64,000 nt of DNA from assembly GCA_951406725.2 (NCBI GenBank), contig OX597840.1, forward strand, positions 12,028,001-12,092,000, in the 5' to 3' direction. Position numbers and translations under genes: made by a program. Position 1 is the stretch's first letter. Each line of letters opens with the position of its first letter. Source of the stretch: Octopus vulgaris (Eukaryota). The notes under the pieces were generated by a model, which saw only the letters and a list, made by a program, of their open reading frames with translations, ran no database searches and was not told the DNA's origin. This document shows, one piece after another, positions 1-13,442 of the stretch.

Positions 1-498
1 TTCACAAAGCTGGGAAGTAAGTTTCTTACCACACAGCTACACCTGCACATATTAGAATATTTTTATAATAGGCATAGGAGTGGCTGTGTGGTAAGTAGCT
101 TGCTTACCAACCACATGGTTCCGGGTTCAGTCCCACTGTGTGGCACCTTGGGCAAGTGTCTTCTACTATAGCCTTGGGCCGACCAAAGCCTTGTGAGTAA
201 TTTGGTAGACGGAAACTGAAAGAAGCCCATCGTATATATATATATATATATAAGGCTATTCTTTCTACTTAAAAGGGAGATCTCAGTAAAACCTGAGATC
301 TCCCTTTTAAGTAGAAAGAATAGCCATAACTCTTTGACTGCTATTTCTAAACTCGGTGTGTGGTGAGGCAAATCGTTGCTAAACCCTTAATTACTTAGTA
401 TTACTTAAACCTTCCTCAAATGGGGCTTTTCCATGCCGAAATCTACTTGGTGAAATTAATGATTATTCCAAATTAATTAATTTTACCCTATATTATTA

Positions 499-539
<41 letters not shown>

Positions 540-981
540 GTGTGTATATATGTTTGTGTGTCTGTGCTTATCCCCCGACATCATTTGACAACCGATGCTG
601 GTGTGTTTATGTCCCCATAACTTAATGGTTCAGCAAAAGAGACCAATATAATAAGTACTAGGCTTACAAAGAATAAGTCCTGGGGTCGATTTGCTCGACT
701 AAAGGTGGTGCTCCAGCATGGCCACAGTCAAATGACTGAAACAAGTAAAAGAGTATGATATTAGTGTTTCTATGTATGAGTCTTAAAAATAAATATTGCT
801 ATAACTTGTTTGTTTTTTTTCTTATGTTTCTCATTTTAGAAATCGCTTAAAGACACAACTACCGAAATAGTGGAAGCTGTCTACTGATTAGATAACAAAT
901 TTGGACTATCTGTTTATTAAGTTTTTTTTAAATCAAATTATTTACAATATTTACTGTTGTTTTTTGTCATTTTCTTTTTAG

Positions 982-1131
982 GTTGTGCGTTATCAGAATG
1001 GACACAATGGAGTGACTGTAGCAAGAGCTGCTCTCATGGAATTGAACAGAGAAGAAGAAAAGTCTCAAACACACACCATTGCAAAGGTCAAGAACTGGAG
1101 ACAAGATCATGTTTAGCACCACCATGTGATG
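982..1131 (+). CDS. SCO-spondin-like gene, internal exon encoding a thrombospondin type-1 (TSP1) repeat
   Basis: Polypyrimidine+AG acceptor at 980-981 and GTGAAT donor at 1132; 150 bp, phase 1-1; translates CALSEWTQWSDCSKSCSHGIEQRRRKV...C...ETRSC...C (WxxWxxCSxxC and RxR TSP1 motifs). Confidence 0.9.
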
Positions 1132-1364
1132 GTGAATACATTGCTTTTTACTCTTATTGGTGGAGGCACATGGCCTATTTGGATAGCAAACAATAAGCTT
1201 TACATGTTAAACTTTGGAAAAGTCTGGTATATTTATACTATTCTGCTTACAGATTTCATCTGTAAAGTGTGTGTTAGCTGGTTGCTTTCTTTGCTTGAAA
1301 ACTAGCTTTTCCATATTGTTACTTAAAAATTAAATAACATAACAATGTACACCAATATGTATAG

Positions 1365-2007
1365 TGGAGGTACATGGCCTAGTGGTTAGAGCAGCGGACT
1401 CGTGGTCGAGGGATCGTGGGTTCGAATCTCAGACCGGGTGATGTGTGTGTTTATGAGTGAAACAACTAAGCTCCCACACGGCTCCAGCAGAAGGTAATGG
1501 CAAACTTCTGCTGACTCTTTCGCCACAACTTTCTCTCACTCTTTCATCCTGCATCTTGCAGCTCACCTGCGACGGACGGGCTTCCTGTCCAGGTGGGGAA
1601 CCTATACACCAAGGAGAATGGGAAACCGGCCCTATGAGCCAGACGTGGCTCGAGAAGGAACAAACAACAACATATATATGTGTGTGTGTATGTGTGTGTG
1701 TGTGTGTGTGGAGGCACACGGCCTAATGGTTAGAGCAGTAGACTCACGGTCGACGGGTCGCGGGTTCGAATCTCAGACCAGGCGATGTGTGTGTTTTATG
1801 AGCGAAACACCTAAGCTCTATGCGGCTCCAGCAGAAGGTAATGGCAATTTGTTCTGACTCTTTCGTCACAACTTTCTCTCACTCTTTCCTCCTGCATCTA
1901 ACAGCTCACCTGCGACGAACCAGTGTCCCATCCAGGTGGGGAACCTATATGCCAAGGAAACCGGGAAACCGGCCCTATGAGCCAGGCATGGCTCGAGAAG
2001 GAACAAG
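1365..2007 (+). mobile_element. tRNA-derived SINE family 2, two tandem copies; others at ~9835-10020, 20635-20910(-), 39460-39760(-), 52400-52552(-)
   Basis: Head GGAGGCACATGGCCTAGTGGTTAGAGCAGCGGACTCG...GGGTTCGAATC (tRNA-Arg-like, A and B boxes) followed by a ~230-bp shared body. Confidence 0.88.
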
Positions 2008-2119
2008 CATACTCTTATTGAATAATTTGAGAATGATACAAAGCAGAAAGTTTAGCTAAGAATGAATTTAATAAATGAATGTTACTAATTAATTTCTTTG
2101 ATTACTTTCATTATTTTAG

Positions 2120-2275
2120 TATTCTGTGGAAATTGGGGTACGTGGTCACTGTGTGCTGGAGAATGTGGATATGGAACACAGTTCAGATTTCGGCGTAACA
2201 AGAATATTCCATATAATGCGAAATGTCAAAAGTTCCTGCAGGATGAAAGACATTGTAAAATCGAAACTGAATGTG
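2120..2275 (+). CDS. SCO-spondin-like gene, internal exon encoding a TSP1 repeat
   Basis: TTTTAG acceptor and GTAAGT donor at 2276; 156 bp, phase 1-1; FCGNWGTWSLCAGECGYGTQFRFR...C...DERHC. Confidence 0.9.
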
Positions 2276-2925
2276 GTAAGTTTCATAACAGTGTAATTGG
2301 AAATGCTACATGTTTTATAACAACTGTGTGTCTACATGTGCATGTGTCTCTAAAAAGGAGAGACCACAGTGCACAACTCTCGAAAAATATCACAGGGATT
2401 ACTGTTATTAAGCATCTAATTAAATGAGAAATATGAAATTAATTGACTATTTACCCATGTGTGTGTGTGTGTGAAGGCACATGGATTAGTGGTTAGGGTA
2501 ATCAGCTCATGATTATAAGGGCATGAGTTCAATTACTGACAGCGCTTTGTGTCCTTGAGCAAGACACTTTATTTCATGTTGCTCCAGTCCACTCAGCTGG
2601 CAAAAGTGAGTTGTACCTGTCATATTCTGTATGACACTGAATCTCTCTGTGGGTATGTGTGGCTATGGAGTACTCAGCCACTTGCACATTAATTTCATGA
2701 GTAGGAGTGGCTGTGTGGTAAGTAGCTTGGTTCCAGGTTCAGTCCCATTGCGTGGCATCTTGGGCAAGTGTCTTCTGCTATAGCCCCGGGCCGACCAATG
2801 CCTTGTGAGTGGATTTGGTAGACGGAAACTGAAAGAAGCCTGTCGTATATATGTATATATATATATATGTATGTGTGTGTGTTTGTGTGTCTGTGTTTGT
2901 CCCCTTAGCATTGCTTGACAACTGA

Positions 2926-3178
2926 TGCAGTTTTTGCCATTGTCCATCGTGGTCCTGATCACCTTGATTTGCAGATGGAACTTGTAATGGGTGTCCACCA
3001 TGGCCTTGGCAAGAACTTCGAAGATGCGATGCTGCTGAGCTGAGAGCAGACCAGGACGGCACGTTGTCTTGTGCGGGTCTTGGGGTCCAGCCAGTGTACC
3101 GTCATCTTCAGGTAGGACTTGTTGTGGACCAACCAGCAATCCACAATGACCATCACCCAGGAGACATCCTTGATCAAT
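2926..3178 (-). mobile_element. hAT-superfamily transposase fragment (frameshifted)
   Basis: Two overlapping frames give VDCWLVHNKSYLKMTVHWLDPKTRTRQRAVLVC and FEVLAKAMVDTHYKFHLQIKVIRTTMDNGKN, matching the DxW...TxHW and TDNG catalytic regions of hAT transposases. Confidence 0.75.
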
Positions 3179-3235
3179 CTGTAATTAAAAAAATATTAAA
3201 TTGTAAAGTGACACAAGTTGTAAAGTTAAAAACTT

Positions 3236-3290
<55 letters not shown>

Positions 3291-3292
<2 letters not shown>

Positions 3293-3455
3293 CGCAGGAG
3301 TGGCTGTGTGGTAAGTAGCTTGCTAACCAACCACATGGTTACGGGTTCAGTCTCACTGCGTGGCATCTTGGGCAAGTGTCTTCTGCTATAGCCCCGGGCC
3401 GACCAATGCCTTGTGAGTGGATTTGGTAGACGGAAACTGAAAGAAGCCTGTCGTA

Positions 3456-3512
<57 letters not shown>

Positions 3513-3730
3513 TTGTGTGTCTGTGTTTGTCTCCCTAGCATTGCCTGACAACCGATGCTGGTGTGTTTACTTCCCCATCACTTAGCGGTTCGGCAAAAGA
3601 GACCGATAGAATAAGTACTGGGCTTACAAAGAATAAGTCCCGGGGTCGATTTGCTCGACTAAAGGCGGTGCTCCAGCATGGCCGCAGTCAAAATACTGAA
3701 ACAAGTAAAAGAGTAAAAGAGTAAAGAGTA
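3291..3730 (+). mobile_element. tRNA-derived SINE family 1, representative full copy. About 19 copies in the window, e.g. 72-755, 7200-7590(-), 10870-11255(-), 15525-16060, 21240-21650, 23918-24330, 27190-27562(-), 38207-38603, 45658-46088, 51640-52047(-), 57115-57545(-), 63390-63746(-)
   Basis: Head GGCGCAGGAGTGGCTGTGTGGTAAG...GGTTCAGTCCC with Pol III A-box and B-box-like motifs, a central (TA)n/(TG)n microsatellite and a (GTAAAAGA)n tail; near-identical dispersed copies on both strands. Confidence 0.9.
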
Positions 3731-4125
3731 TATATATATATCCCCCGTGCCGGTAGCATGTAAAAAGCATCATCCGATCATGGCCATTTGCCAGCCTCGT
3801 CTGGCATGTAAAAAACACCCACTACACTCACGGAGTGGTTGGTGTTAGGAAGGTCATCCAGCCGTAGAAACATTGCCAGATCAGACTGGGCCTGGTGCAG
3901 CCTTCTGGCTTCCCAGACCCCATTTGAACCGTCCAACCCATGCTAGCATGGAAAGCAGATGCTAAACGATGATGATGATGATGATGATATATATAAAATT
4001 CATAGCTTAAAGAAAACAGAAAATATACATAGGTATTCACTTTTTGATAATTTTGCAGTTATATTGAGTTCTTTTTTACCTGCGTTTCATTTAGCCATTT
4101 GTTATTGTCCATGCTTCCACTTTAA

Positions 4126-4344
4126 CCCTTTAGTGTTCAGATAATTCAATCAAACATAATGCTTATTGATTCCCATTGATTTGAATTAATCCTGCATTAT
4201 CTCATATCTTCAAGATCTTGATGGTGTAATTACCTAATGTAGAATAACATTGTAGGGTAGGTGTGAGAGCCTGGATCTGGTCAGTTTGAACATAAAACAG
4301 ATTAGCTATTTTGGCCGGATATGGCCGGTTTAAATACTAAAGGG
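4126..4344. mobile_element. piggyBac-type MITE; a related, SINE-interrupted copy lies at ~7173-7792
   Basis: TTAA|CCCTTTAGT...ACTAAAGGG|TTAA: TTAA target duplication with CCC/GGG termini. Confidence 0.75.
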
Positions 4345-4641
4345 TTAAAAGTGCATTATGATGTGATAAATAAACAAAGACCTCTTCCAGACATTTTTAA
4401 CTACTGTTTTTAGTTTCTTTCAAATGGAGTGTTATTCCAACTGGAAAACTTTGTTCCTTTGTTGTATTTTGGGATGGTCATTTTTTTTTTTGTTGCCATA
4501 TAAAAACACAAACACTATATATTTGTCCATACATCATGTGTGTGTATGTATATGTGTGTATGTATATATATGCATGTATACATACATACACACCTATATG
4601 TACATATAAATCCATTTACGCACATGCACATAAACACCCAC

Positions 4642-4672
<31 letters not shown>

Positions 4673-4680
4673 TGTATGTA

Positions 4681-4735
<55 letters not shown>

Positions 4736-5113
4736 GTATATATATAATGGAAATTGTAGTTGTAATACCTGTGCTGGTGGCACATAAAAAGCACCATCTG
4801 AATGTGGCTGATGCCAGCACCGCCTTGACTGGTTTCCGTGATGGTGGCACATAAAAAGCACCAACCAATCATAGCTGTTGCCAGCCTCACCGGTGGCACG
4901 TAAAAAGCATCCACTACACTCATGGAGTGGTTGGCGTTAGGAAGGGCATCAAGCTGTAGAAACACTGCCAGATTAGACTGGAACCTGGTGCAGCCTCCTG
5001 GCTTCCCAGATCCCAGTCGAACCGTCCAACCCATGCTAGCATGGAAAACGGATGTTAAACGATGATGATGATGATATATATATATATGAATTAACTTCTT
5101 TGTGTTTTTTCAG

Positions 5114-5319
5114 TTTGTCCTCCTGATACTGAATATACAAAGTGGTCTTTGTGTGAGAAAACCTGTGAATCCCGTTTTGAACCATTAAATGTGACAAACT
5201 GCGAAGTCTATAAACCAGGTTGTGTCTGCAAAAAAGGACTTTCCAGAAATAAAGAAGGAATTTGTGTAAAAGAATTGGCCTGTAAATTATGTACCACTTT
5301 GGATGGCATAACGAAGAAA
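5114..5319 (+). CDS. SCO-spondin-like gene, exon encoding a TIL (trypsin inhibitor-like cysteine-rich) domain and the start of a VWC domain
   Basis: TTTTTCAG acceptor and GTAAGT donor at 5320; phase 1-0; CPPDTEYTKWSLCEKTCESR...CEVYKPGCVCKKGLSRNKEGICVKELAC. Confidence 0.9.
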
Positions 5320-5610
5320 GTAAGTAACTGAATACCATTTTTTTTAGTCTTTTAATTTTCATTTGGATTGATGGAACTGCTTGTAGAGTGCTGCATCTAT
5401 GTAGCTTTTTATCTTTTCTTCTTATCTTTGATGCTGTTTGCTTTTAGCACAAACCAACGAAGAAGCTTTTTCTTGGTTGTTCAACATCTTGCCTCTTAAA
5501 TTACACTCTGAATATATTAAATGATGGATCAAGTTAACCCGAGGTTAAACAACTGCTCCAACATGAATTGAACTCAAAACCCTGACTTTATTCAGGCATC
5601 AAGCATTTAA

Positions 5611-6373
5611 CCCTTTCGTTACTGTATTTATTTTGAGATGCTCTGTGTTTCTTTCAATTACATTAAATATATCAAAGAATTTAGTAAAATAACTTAGTTA
5701 TCATTAAGTTAGTGTTAGGAACATAAATTGTGACTAAGGTTTGGTGGAAGATTTTAATTCAAAACATGAAAACAAGACATTTGTATTACAGGGCCAGAGT
5801 TGGTTTCAACTGAGTTGGTATCAAAAGGGTTAAGAATTGTTTCATAAGGTTTGAATTAAAATCTTTCACCAAACCTTAGTCACAATTTATGTTCCTAATA
5901 CTAACCCTTTTGTTACCATATTTTTGTTGAGGTGCTCTGTGTTTCTTTCAATTAATTTTAAATATAACAAAGAACTTAGTAAAATAACTTAGTTATCATT
6001 CAGCTAGTGTTAGGAACATAAATTGTGACTAAGGTTTGGTGGAAGATTTTAATTCAAACCTAATGAAAACAAGCCATTTGTACTCAGTGCCAGAGTTGGT
6101 TTCAACCGGGTTGGTATCAAAAGGGTTAAGAATTGTTTCTCTATTATTTATTTTAACCCTTTTGCTACCATATTTCTGTTGAGATGCTCTGTTTTTCTTC
6201 CAATTAATTTTAAATATAAGAATTTAATAAAATAGCTTAGTTATCATTCAGCTAGTGATAGGAACATAAATTGTGACTAAGGTTTGGTGAAAGATTTTAA
6301 TTCAAACCTTATAAAAACAAGACATTTGTACTCAGTGCCAGAGCCAGTTTCAGCCAGGTTGGTAACAAAAGGG
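5611..6373. mobile_element. Cluster of three ~220-bp piggyBac-type MITEs plus an inverted partial copy; a fourth copy lies at ~13165-13385
   Basis: Units begin (T)TAA|CCCTTT and end AAAAGGG|TTAA, with near-identical internal sequence. Confidence 0.8.
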
Positions 6374-7870
6374 TTAATTGGTTTAGGGCTTCAAGAGTCA
6401 CTTTCTCTTCTTTTTTAATCTCTGTATCAATTTGGCATTAAATAAATGATATGGGTACTTATTTCTTGAAATATTAGAATGATAGAATATAGCAGTTGGT
6501 CCCTATACCATTCAGTCCCTATACCATTTCAGTACACAACTTAGTGGTCAATCAGGTTCAGTTGACTTTACTTAAACTTCACATTACTATGCATAGAAAA
6601 CTCTTCTTTATATCTAGGGGTCTGTAGAAGGAGGTCTTATGGCACATATAATGCCTGTCAAGTTAATTAACTAGAATATCTCTATGTAGTAGATAAAGAT
6701 AAATAGATCAAATATTGGTTTCCAGGTCCATTAAATTGTGTGTAACTCTGCTAGAATGTAATTGATTTTGTTTTTCCAATCTTAACCTTCTTAGGACAGC
6801 CTGGTCAATTGATTGGCCCAAGTGGTACAAGCTAAAAGGACTTTGAGGCCAAAGCATTGGCCTGATGGAACAAATGTGAATGGTTAGTTCTGAAGTGTAG
6901 TAGCCAATCAGGGATCATTTGAGAAAAAGATTTTGATCTTTTTGGCTGCACATACCAAAACACCATGTGTCTCAAAAGAGTAAAATTGTTTTACTTAACC
7001 TTTTGTGACCACATATACCTATCTATAAGTGACCATCACTATTGACTTAATTATAAGAATGAGAGTTGTGAAGTTCATTCCACTTCCACGTTCATTATCA
7101 GAGTATGTAAAGACACAACCACTGACCAGGATTCGAACTCTGATCTCTGGCTTGATTACTCCGGCAGTTTAACCCTTTAGCATTTAAACTCTCTTTCCTC
7201 TCTTTACTTGTTTCAGTCATTTGACTGTGGCCATGCTGGAGCACCACCTTTAGTCAAGCAAATCAACCCCAGGACTTATTCTTTGTAAGCCCAGTACTTA
7301 TTCTATCGGTCTCTTTTGCTGAACCACTAAGTTACGGGGACGTAAACACACCAGCATTGGTTGTCAAGCGATGTTGGGGGGGGGACAAACAGAGACACAC
7401 ATATACATATATATATATATATATATATACAACGGGCTTCATTCAGTTTCCATCCACCAAATCCACTCACAAGGCTATGGTCTGCCCGAGGCTATAGTAG
7501 AAGACTCTTACCCAAGGTGATATGCAGTGGGACTGAACCAGGAACCATGTGGTTCGTTAGCAAGCTACTTACCACACAGCCACTCCTATGCCTATTTGGT
7601 CATATCTGGCGCAAATATTTTACCTGTTTTATCTTCAAACTAGCTAGATCCAACCTCTCACACCTACCCTACAATGTCATTCTAAAAATAAACAATCATT
7701 ACTTCAGAATCTCAAACCTAATTCAGGATTAACTTCAAAGAATGTGAATAAATGAACATCGCATTTGGTAAAGTAATCTGAATGCTTAAGGGTTAACACA
7801 TATGTTATACGCTTACCAATTCATTATACATTTTTCAGAAGTAAATAATAGGATTTCTTCATTTCTTATA

Positions 7871-8405
7871 TTGGGTTGTCCAGAAAGTTGGTGCCGATTT
7901 TTAAAGGAAAGAAAAAGGTCAATAAATACTTGCCATTATATTCTTAATCAACCAAATATGAACCATTTTGTTGCACATTGTGTCTCCATCTTTCCTTTAA
8001 CTTGAAAATGCCCTCTTCCCAGAATTGTGGTGCTTTCATGGCAAAGAATTCATCAATGTATCTTTTTACGTCATCCAAGGAATTGAAATTTTTACCATTA
8101 AGACTATTCTGCAGAGACTTGAATAAGTAGAAATCCGAAGGAGCAATACCTGGTGAATATGGAGCAATTTTTGTCTGGTTCCCAAAGCATCAAGTGCCAA
8201 AAACGAACTTTTTTATCTTCCATTTTAAAGGGTTACAAAATTAACACAGGTAATAGGAAGATAAATCTTCTTCCACGAAAAGATAGCTTAAACTGTACTC
8301 TAAATGGAGGTGTAGTGAAATCCTATTTTATGGACTCAACCATGTTCTAAAATAAGTCAAAAGGTAAGCTACTATAAATCGGCACAAACTTTCCAGACAA
8401 GCCAA
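7871..8405 (-). mobile_element. Internally deleted mariner element; a partial copy lies at ~9027-9181
   Basis: TA|TTGGGTTGTCCAGAAAGTTGGTGCCGATTT ... AAATCGGCACAAACTTTCCAGACAAGCCAA|TA TIRs; the minus strand encodes PYSPGIAPSDFYLFKSLQNSL (YSPDLAPxD-like motif). Confidence 0.88.
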
Positions 8406-8702
8406 TATTTTAATCAAGCCTGATAATTCAGTGAGGAAAATTTCTTGGAGGAATTAATGGAGCAGTAAAGGGTCTCATACATTCGAGAAGATTGTTGATC
8501 AAAACACCTTATCTGTTTAATATAAAAATTTTTGAACATTTTATGATATTAATAAGTTCACAAACATGTTTGGATAGGACTTCATTCTACCACAGATTCT
8601 GTTAAAAGCAGGATTTGTATCTGTGTATGACTTTTATTAAATGTTTTATCTTAGCTAAAGTTTATGAAAATTAATTAATCCTTTTCTTTTTCTATTCAAT
8701 AG

Positions 8703-8807
8703 CCAGGAGAAATGTGGACCAAAGCAAATGACAGTTGTTTCCAGTGCCAATGTTCTGGTGGGAAAATTATGTGCAATAGAATATGTCAAATTCCTACTTG
8801 TAGAGAA
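8703..8807 (+). CDS. SCO-spondin-like gene, exon encoding the VWC (von Willebrand type C) domain core
   Basis: Absent from the ORF track. AG acceptor at 8701-8702 and GTAAGT donor at 8808; 105 bp, phase 0-0; PGEMWTKANDSCFQCQCSGGKIMCNRICQIPTCRE (GExW..C..CxC..G...C). Confidence 0.88.
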
Positions 8808-9299
8808 GTAAGTATATCTGACAACATAATGTTAAGTAATACAGCAATAAGACAAATAATTGAATAATGCTTCACCTTCCATTCATATTTTCGAGCAAAT
8901 CAACCCCAGGACTTATTCTTTGTAAGCCTAGTAGTTATTCTATCGGTCTCTTTTGCTGAGTGTTTTGCTGAACCACTAAGTTACAGGGACATAAACACAC
9001 CAGCATTGGTTGCGAAGCCATTACATTTTTAATCAACCAAATATGAACCATTTTGTTGCACATTGCGTCTCCATCTTTCCTTTGACTTGAAAATACCCTC
9101 TTCCCAGAATTGTGGTGGTTTCATGGCAAAGAATTCATCAACGTATCTTTTTACGCCATCCAAGGAATTGAAATTTTTACCAGACTCCCAGAAAAGAAAA
9201 CGACATAAGAGTGGTATGTAGCAAAGGGAAATGCATCTTTGCCCAAGAAACACATCAGAGAATTGGCAAAAATAGAGGGAGCCTCTATATACCCACAAA

Positions 9300-9830
9300 A
9301 GAACAATTGTACAAAGTCTAGATTGTAGTCTGAAGTGATACCATTTCCAGTGACCAGCGTTAGGTATATGAGAGTGTGTGCCTGGTCTTCAAAGACAAAG
9401 TGAGGTAGACTTTGTGTGTATCACAAAGTTTGTAATGGGTTGTTTCCATAATATATAAGGAGCAGTGGAACACAAGTGTCACATTGGCAGAGACATTGAC
9501 CCTTGGTTTGTCAGAACAGCACAGGTAGATAGACAGCACTGTAGTTATGCAGGGGTTTGGCTGGATATGTGGGTTTTGATGATCCTATCCACCCACAAAG
9601 ACCACTGAGCCATCCTGGAGATGTACCTCATCATAGGTGCAGAAAGAAACAGCATTAGACTGACAGTAAAGAGCAGAAAGCCTGGCTGTTACACATGTGG
9701 CAGTAAGGCCTGGGTGTTACACATGTGGCAGTAAAAGTCACTTGAGGAGTTTCTGCCCTGAATGTTTGTTAAAACAGAGAAAGAATGGAAGTGGTGGACA
9801 GCAGCAGACAATGACAACAATGACAGCAGT
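9300..9830 (+). mobile_element. Degenerate retroelement ORF1/gag fragment with a CCHC zinc knuckle
   Basis: CYTCGSKSHLRSFC (C-x2-C-x4-H-x4-C) at ~9715-9756; the surrounding frame is broken. Confidence 0.5.
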
Positions 9831-11455
9831 GAAGAAGCGCAATGGCCCAGTGGTTAGGGCAGCAGACTCGCACTCGTAAGAACACGGTTTCGATTCCCAG
9901 ACTGAGCATTGTGAGTGTTTATTGAGCAAAAACCACCTAAGCTCCACGAGGCTCTGGCGGGGGGAGGGGGGACCCCACCGTACTCTTTCACCATAACTTT
10001 CTCTCACTCTTTCTTCCTACTTCTGCCACAAAGCAGAGGAATCATGGTGCAACCCACTATGGTGTGGTAAACTTTCAGACCTTAGTCTAGATTGCGAATC
10101 CTCTGTACCCCAGGATAGTTCAGCTCTCCACCCGATGGCTTGAAAAGGGCGCATAAAAAAATATATATATATTATTATGCACTATTGGTGCACTGGACAA
10201 AATGAACATCAGCTTTTATTCTGGTTCCTTATATTCTTAGGTCAACTTTGCCTATCATCCTTTTGGGGGTCAATAAAATAAGAATAAGCTGAGCTCTAGG
10301 GTCAATATAATTGACCTGACCTTAAATTTGCTGGCCTTGAGCCAAAATTTGGAACCATTGTTATTATTATCATCTTAACCGATTTATCTATGACGATGCC
10401 ATGTCTTAGCTCCATCCCACAGCTTAGAAATGCAACACTTTCCACAAAACATGGGCTCTTTCAAGAATTGCCGCCATCTGAATACTTCCTAAAAAATTTG
10501 GTATTTGCAGCTTCTGATGCCAGAATATTGCTCTCAGTGCACTGATCATAATAGGTACCACCCTTTTGAAGCTCTATGGATTCTTTTCACTTCCATTATT
10601 ATTATTATTATTACCGTGCATACGTAAGCGAAAGCAGGGTATTGTAGTTGTTTGTCTTTGTCTGTGTGTTTGCAAAATTACTTTGTCTGTGTGTTTGCAA
10701 AATTACTAGAAAACAGCTAAACAGATTTTCCCCAAATTTGGCAGAAATACTCACTGAGTGAGTGGTTCGAACTCATTAAATTTTCGTTTGGTGAATCAAA
10801 ACGTTTTTTTTTTTTTCTTTGTTATGTATGCATAACAATTTCCCGATAAGCAGGGGAAATAACTCTTTACGCCTTTACTTGTTTCAGTCATTTGACTGTG
10901 GTCATGCTGGAGCACCACCTTTAGTCGAGGAAATCAACCCCAGGACTTATTCTTTGTAAGCCTAGTGCTTATTCTATTGTTTTCTTTAGCCAAACCGCTA
11001 AGTTATATGGACTTAAACACACCAGCATTGGTTGTCAAACAATGCTAGAGGAACAAACACAGACACACACACACACACATATATATATATACAATGGGCT
11101 TCTTTCAGTTTCCGTCTACCAAATCCACTTACAAGGCTTTGATCGGCTCGAGGCTATAGTAGAAGACACTTGCCCAAGGTGCCACGCAGTGGGACTGAAC
11201 CCGGAACCATGTGGTTGGTAAGCAAGCTACTTACCACACAGCCACTCCTATGCCTATAACTACTTACCACACAGCCACGATATAATTTTGTTGAAATGTC
11301 AATTTGTCTGAGAATATATTTATTAAATTAAATTTTACTTTATCCTTGTGTACGCACAGGATATACATCGCCCCTCCGACGCCTTTATTATTATTATCAT
11401 TATTATTATTATTATTACTATTATTACTATTATTATTACTATTATTATTATTATT

Positions 11456-12012
11456 GAGTGAGAGAGCAGTTCATGCCATCAAAGTGACACTGGGGTAAAA
11501 TATACGAAGCCCAGTATACCCATCATGACTACCCATCTGATAAGGGTACACCAGGCACATGCATCACAACCATATGTGCGCGACATGGTGATCTCATATC
11601 AAGATAAACAGCACATGACCTTGCAGGTGGGGCCCAGTTAGAATTTTCTTCAGGTTGAGTAGCCCATCCTGCTCAAAAGGTCCCTGAATAAGGGTTGTTC
11701 AGGGATGTTGAAAGAACCACCCATGTTTCCAGAGGTGAATTATTCAAACCCCAAAGAATCCCTCTCAACACATGGCTATGATGCTCCCCCACTACTTCTG
11801 CTCGTGATCAGAGATGCACATATCGTCAGCCACTAAGGGACATGCTCAACTGGTTAAGGTCAAACAACTGACAAGCAAATCTGTGGTATTGAGCAGAATA
11901 TTTGCTGTAGCCTATCTTTTATACCAAGACAAAACAATGTACATGATAACACTTCCAATCAGTTAAGATCAGAAGCCATGAGAGCCACTGCCTGGTATTG
12001 CATCAATGCATG
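11456..12012. repeat. Unclassified interspersed repeat flanked by (ATT)n
   Basis: 11745-11907 recurs as a reverse complement at ~56772-56922. Confidence 0.55.
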
Positions 12013-12253
12013 TATTATTATTTTACATTCTGATTCCAAATTCCACTAAGGTTGACTTGCTTTTCATCCTCTCAAAGTCAATAAAATAAGTGCCTGTTGA
12101 ACACTGGGGTTGATGTCATTGACTAGCCCCCTTTCCACAAAATTTCTAGCCTTGTACCATCATCCCTTGTCAAATGTTGATGTACACTCATACTGTTATG
12201 AGTGACTATAAAGGAATTCTCTCTTTGAATTTTTTTTTTTTTTTTCTTTACAG

Positions 12254-12311
12254 TATGAAGAACTTCACAGTGACATTGACACATGCTGTCCTACTTGTAG
12301 ACCAAAGAAAC
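12254..12311 (+). CDS. SCO-spondin-like gene, small exon completing the VWC domain (CCPxC)
   Basis: Long T tract+CAG acceptor and GTAAGT donor at 12312; 58 bp, phase 0-1; YEELHSDIDTCCPTCRPKK; phases match both neighbouring exons. Confidence 0.88.
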
Positions 12312-13442
12312 GTAAGTTATTTTGCTTATTTGGTTCATGTTTTCCAAACTCAGCATCCCTTTGCTTTAAATTGATTTAGTTTATTCAGGCATAGAATATC
12401 ACTGAAAAAAAATATTGTTCCCAAATAACATTTAGGAACTTTTTAAAGAAATTTAAGCATCACATCCAATATTGCTGTTGGATTTTTGAAGCAAAAAAGT
12501 ATGGTACTTTGCCCTTTTCAGTTGGTTATATTATTCATTCTGTATTAGGAGAGCAAAAAGTGGAGCAAATAATGTTTCCTCTAAAATTTAACTTGACTGC
12601 TGTTCAAAAGATATAAATAAGTATTTATATGTATTAATATGTATTTGATAGGTAAAAATCAGTTCAATGTTGAACTTCTCACAAAGACTTTCTCTGTGTG
12701 TTGTGTACATTGTTTCATCTGAATATTTCTTTTACTTGTATTATAGGAGCACCTACCCTAACAAATGAATTATGTTCCAAAACATAAAACCCTTTCTTAT
12801 TTCCTTATTGCTCACAAGGGGCTAAACATAGAGGGGACAAACTAGGACAGATAAAGGGATTAAGTCAATTACATCGACCTCAGTACGTAATTGGTACTTA
12901 ATTTATCAATCCTGAAAGGATGAAAGGCAAAGTCGACCTCAGTGGAATTTGAACTCAGAACGTAAAGGCAAACGAAATACCGCTAAGAATTTTTCCCGGC
13001 ATGCTAACGTTTCTCATTTCTTTATTGCCCACAAGGGACTAAACATAGAGTAAGGCGACACTAAAGCAAAATGTTGTCACAGAATTAATTTACTCGGAAG
13101 TTCATCATCATCATCATCATCGTTTAATGTCCATCTTCAATGCATGCATGGATAAAGCCTTTCACCCTTTCATTACTGCATTTATTTTGAGATGCTGTGT
13201 ATTCTTTCAATTAATTTTAAATAAAACAAAAGAATTTAGTAAAATAACTTAGTTACCATTAAGCTAATGTTAGGAACACAAATTGTGACTAAGGTTTGGT
13301 GGAAGATTTTAATTCAAAACTTATGAAAACAAAACATTTGTATTCAGATCCGGAGCTGGTTTCAGCCGGGTTAGTAACAAAAGGGTTAATGCAATTATTA
13401 TGAACAATAATTTGTTTATTCTTTCTTTCTTTCTTTCTCCAG

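Noticed and set aside
840-890. Possible extra small exon of the spondin gene after a TTTTAG acceptor
   Set aside because: I found no convincing donor in a compatible phase and no domain-like translation.
1365-1437. tRNA gene (Arg-like); likewise the heads of the other SINE copies
   Set aside because: There is no proper acceptor stem or terminator, and the sequence runs straight into a shared SINE body found at many loci.
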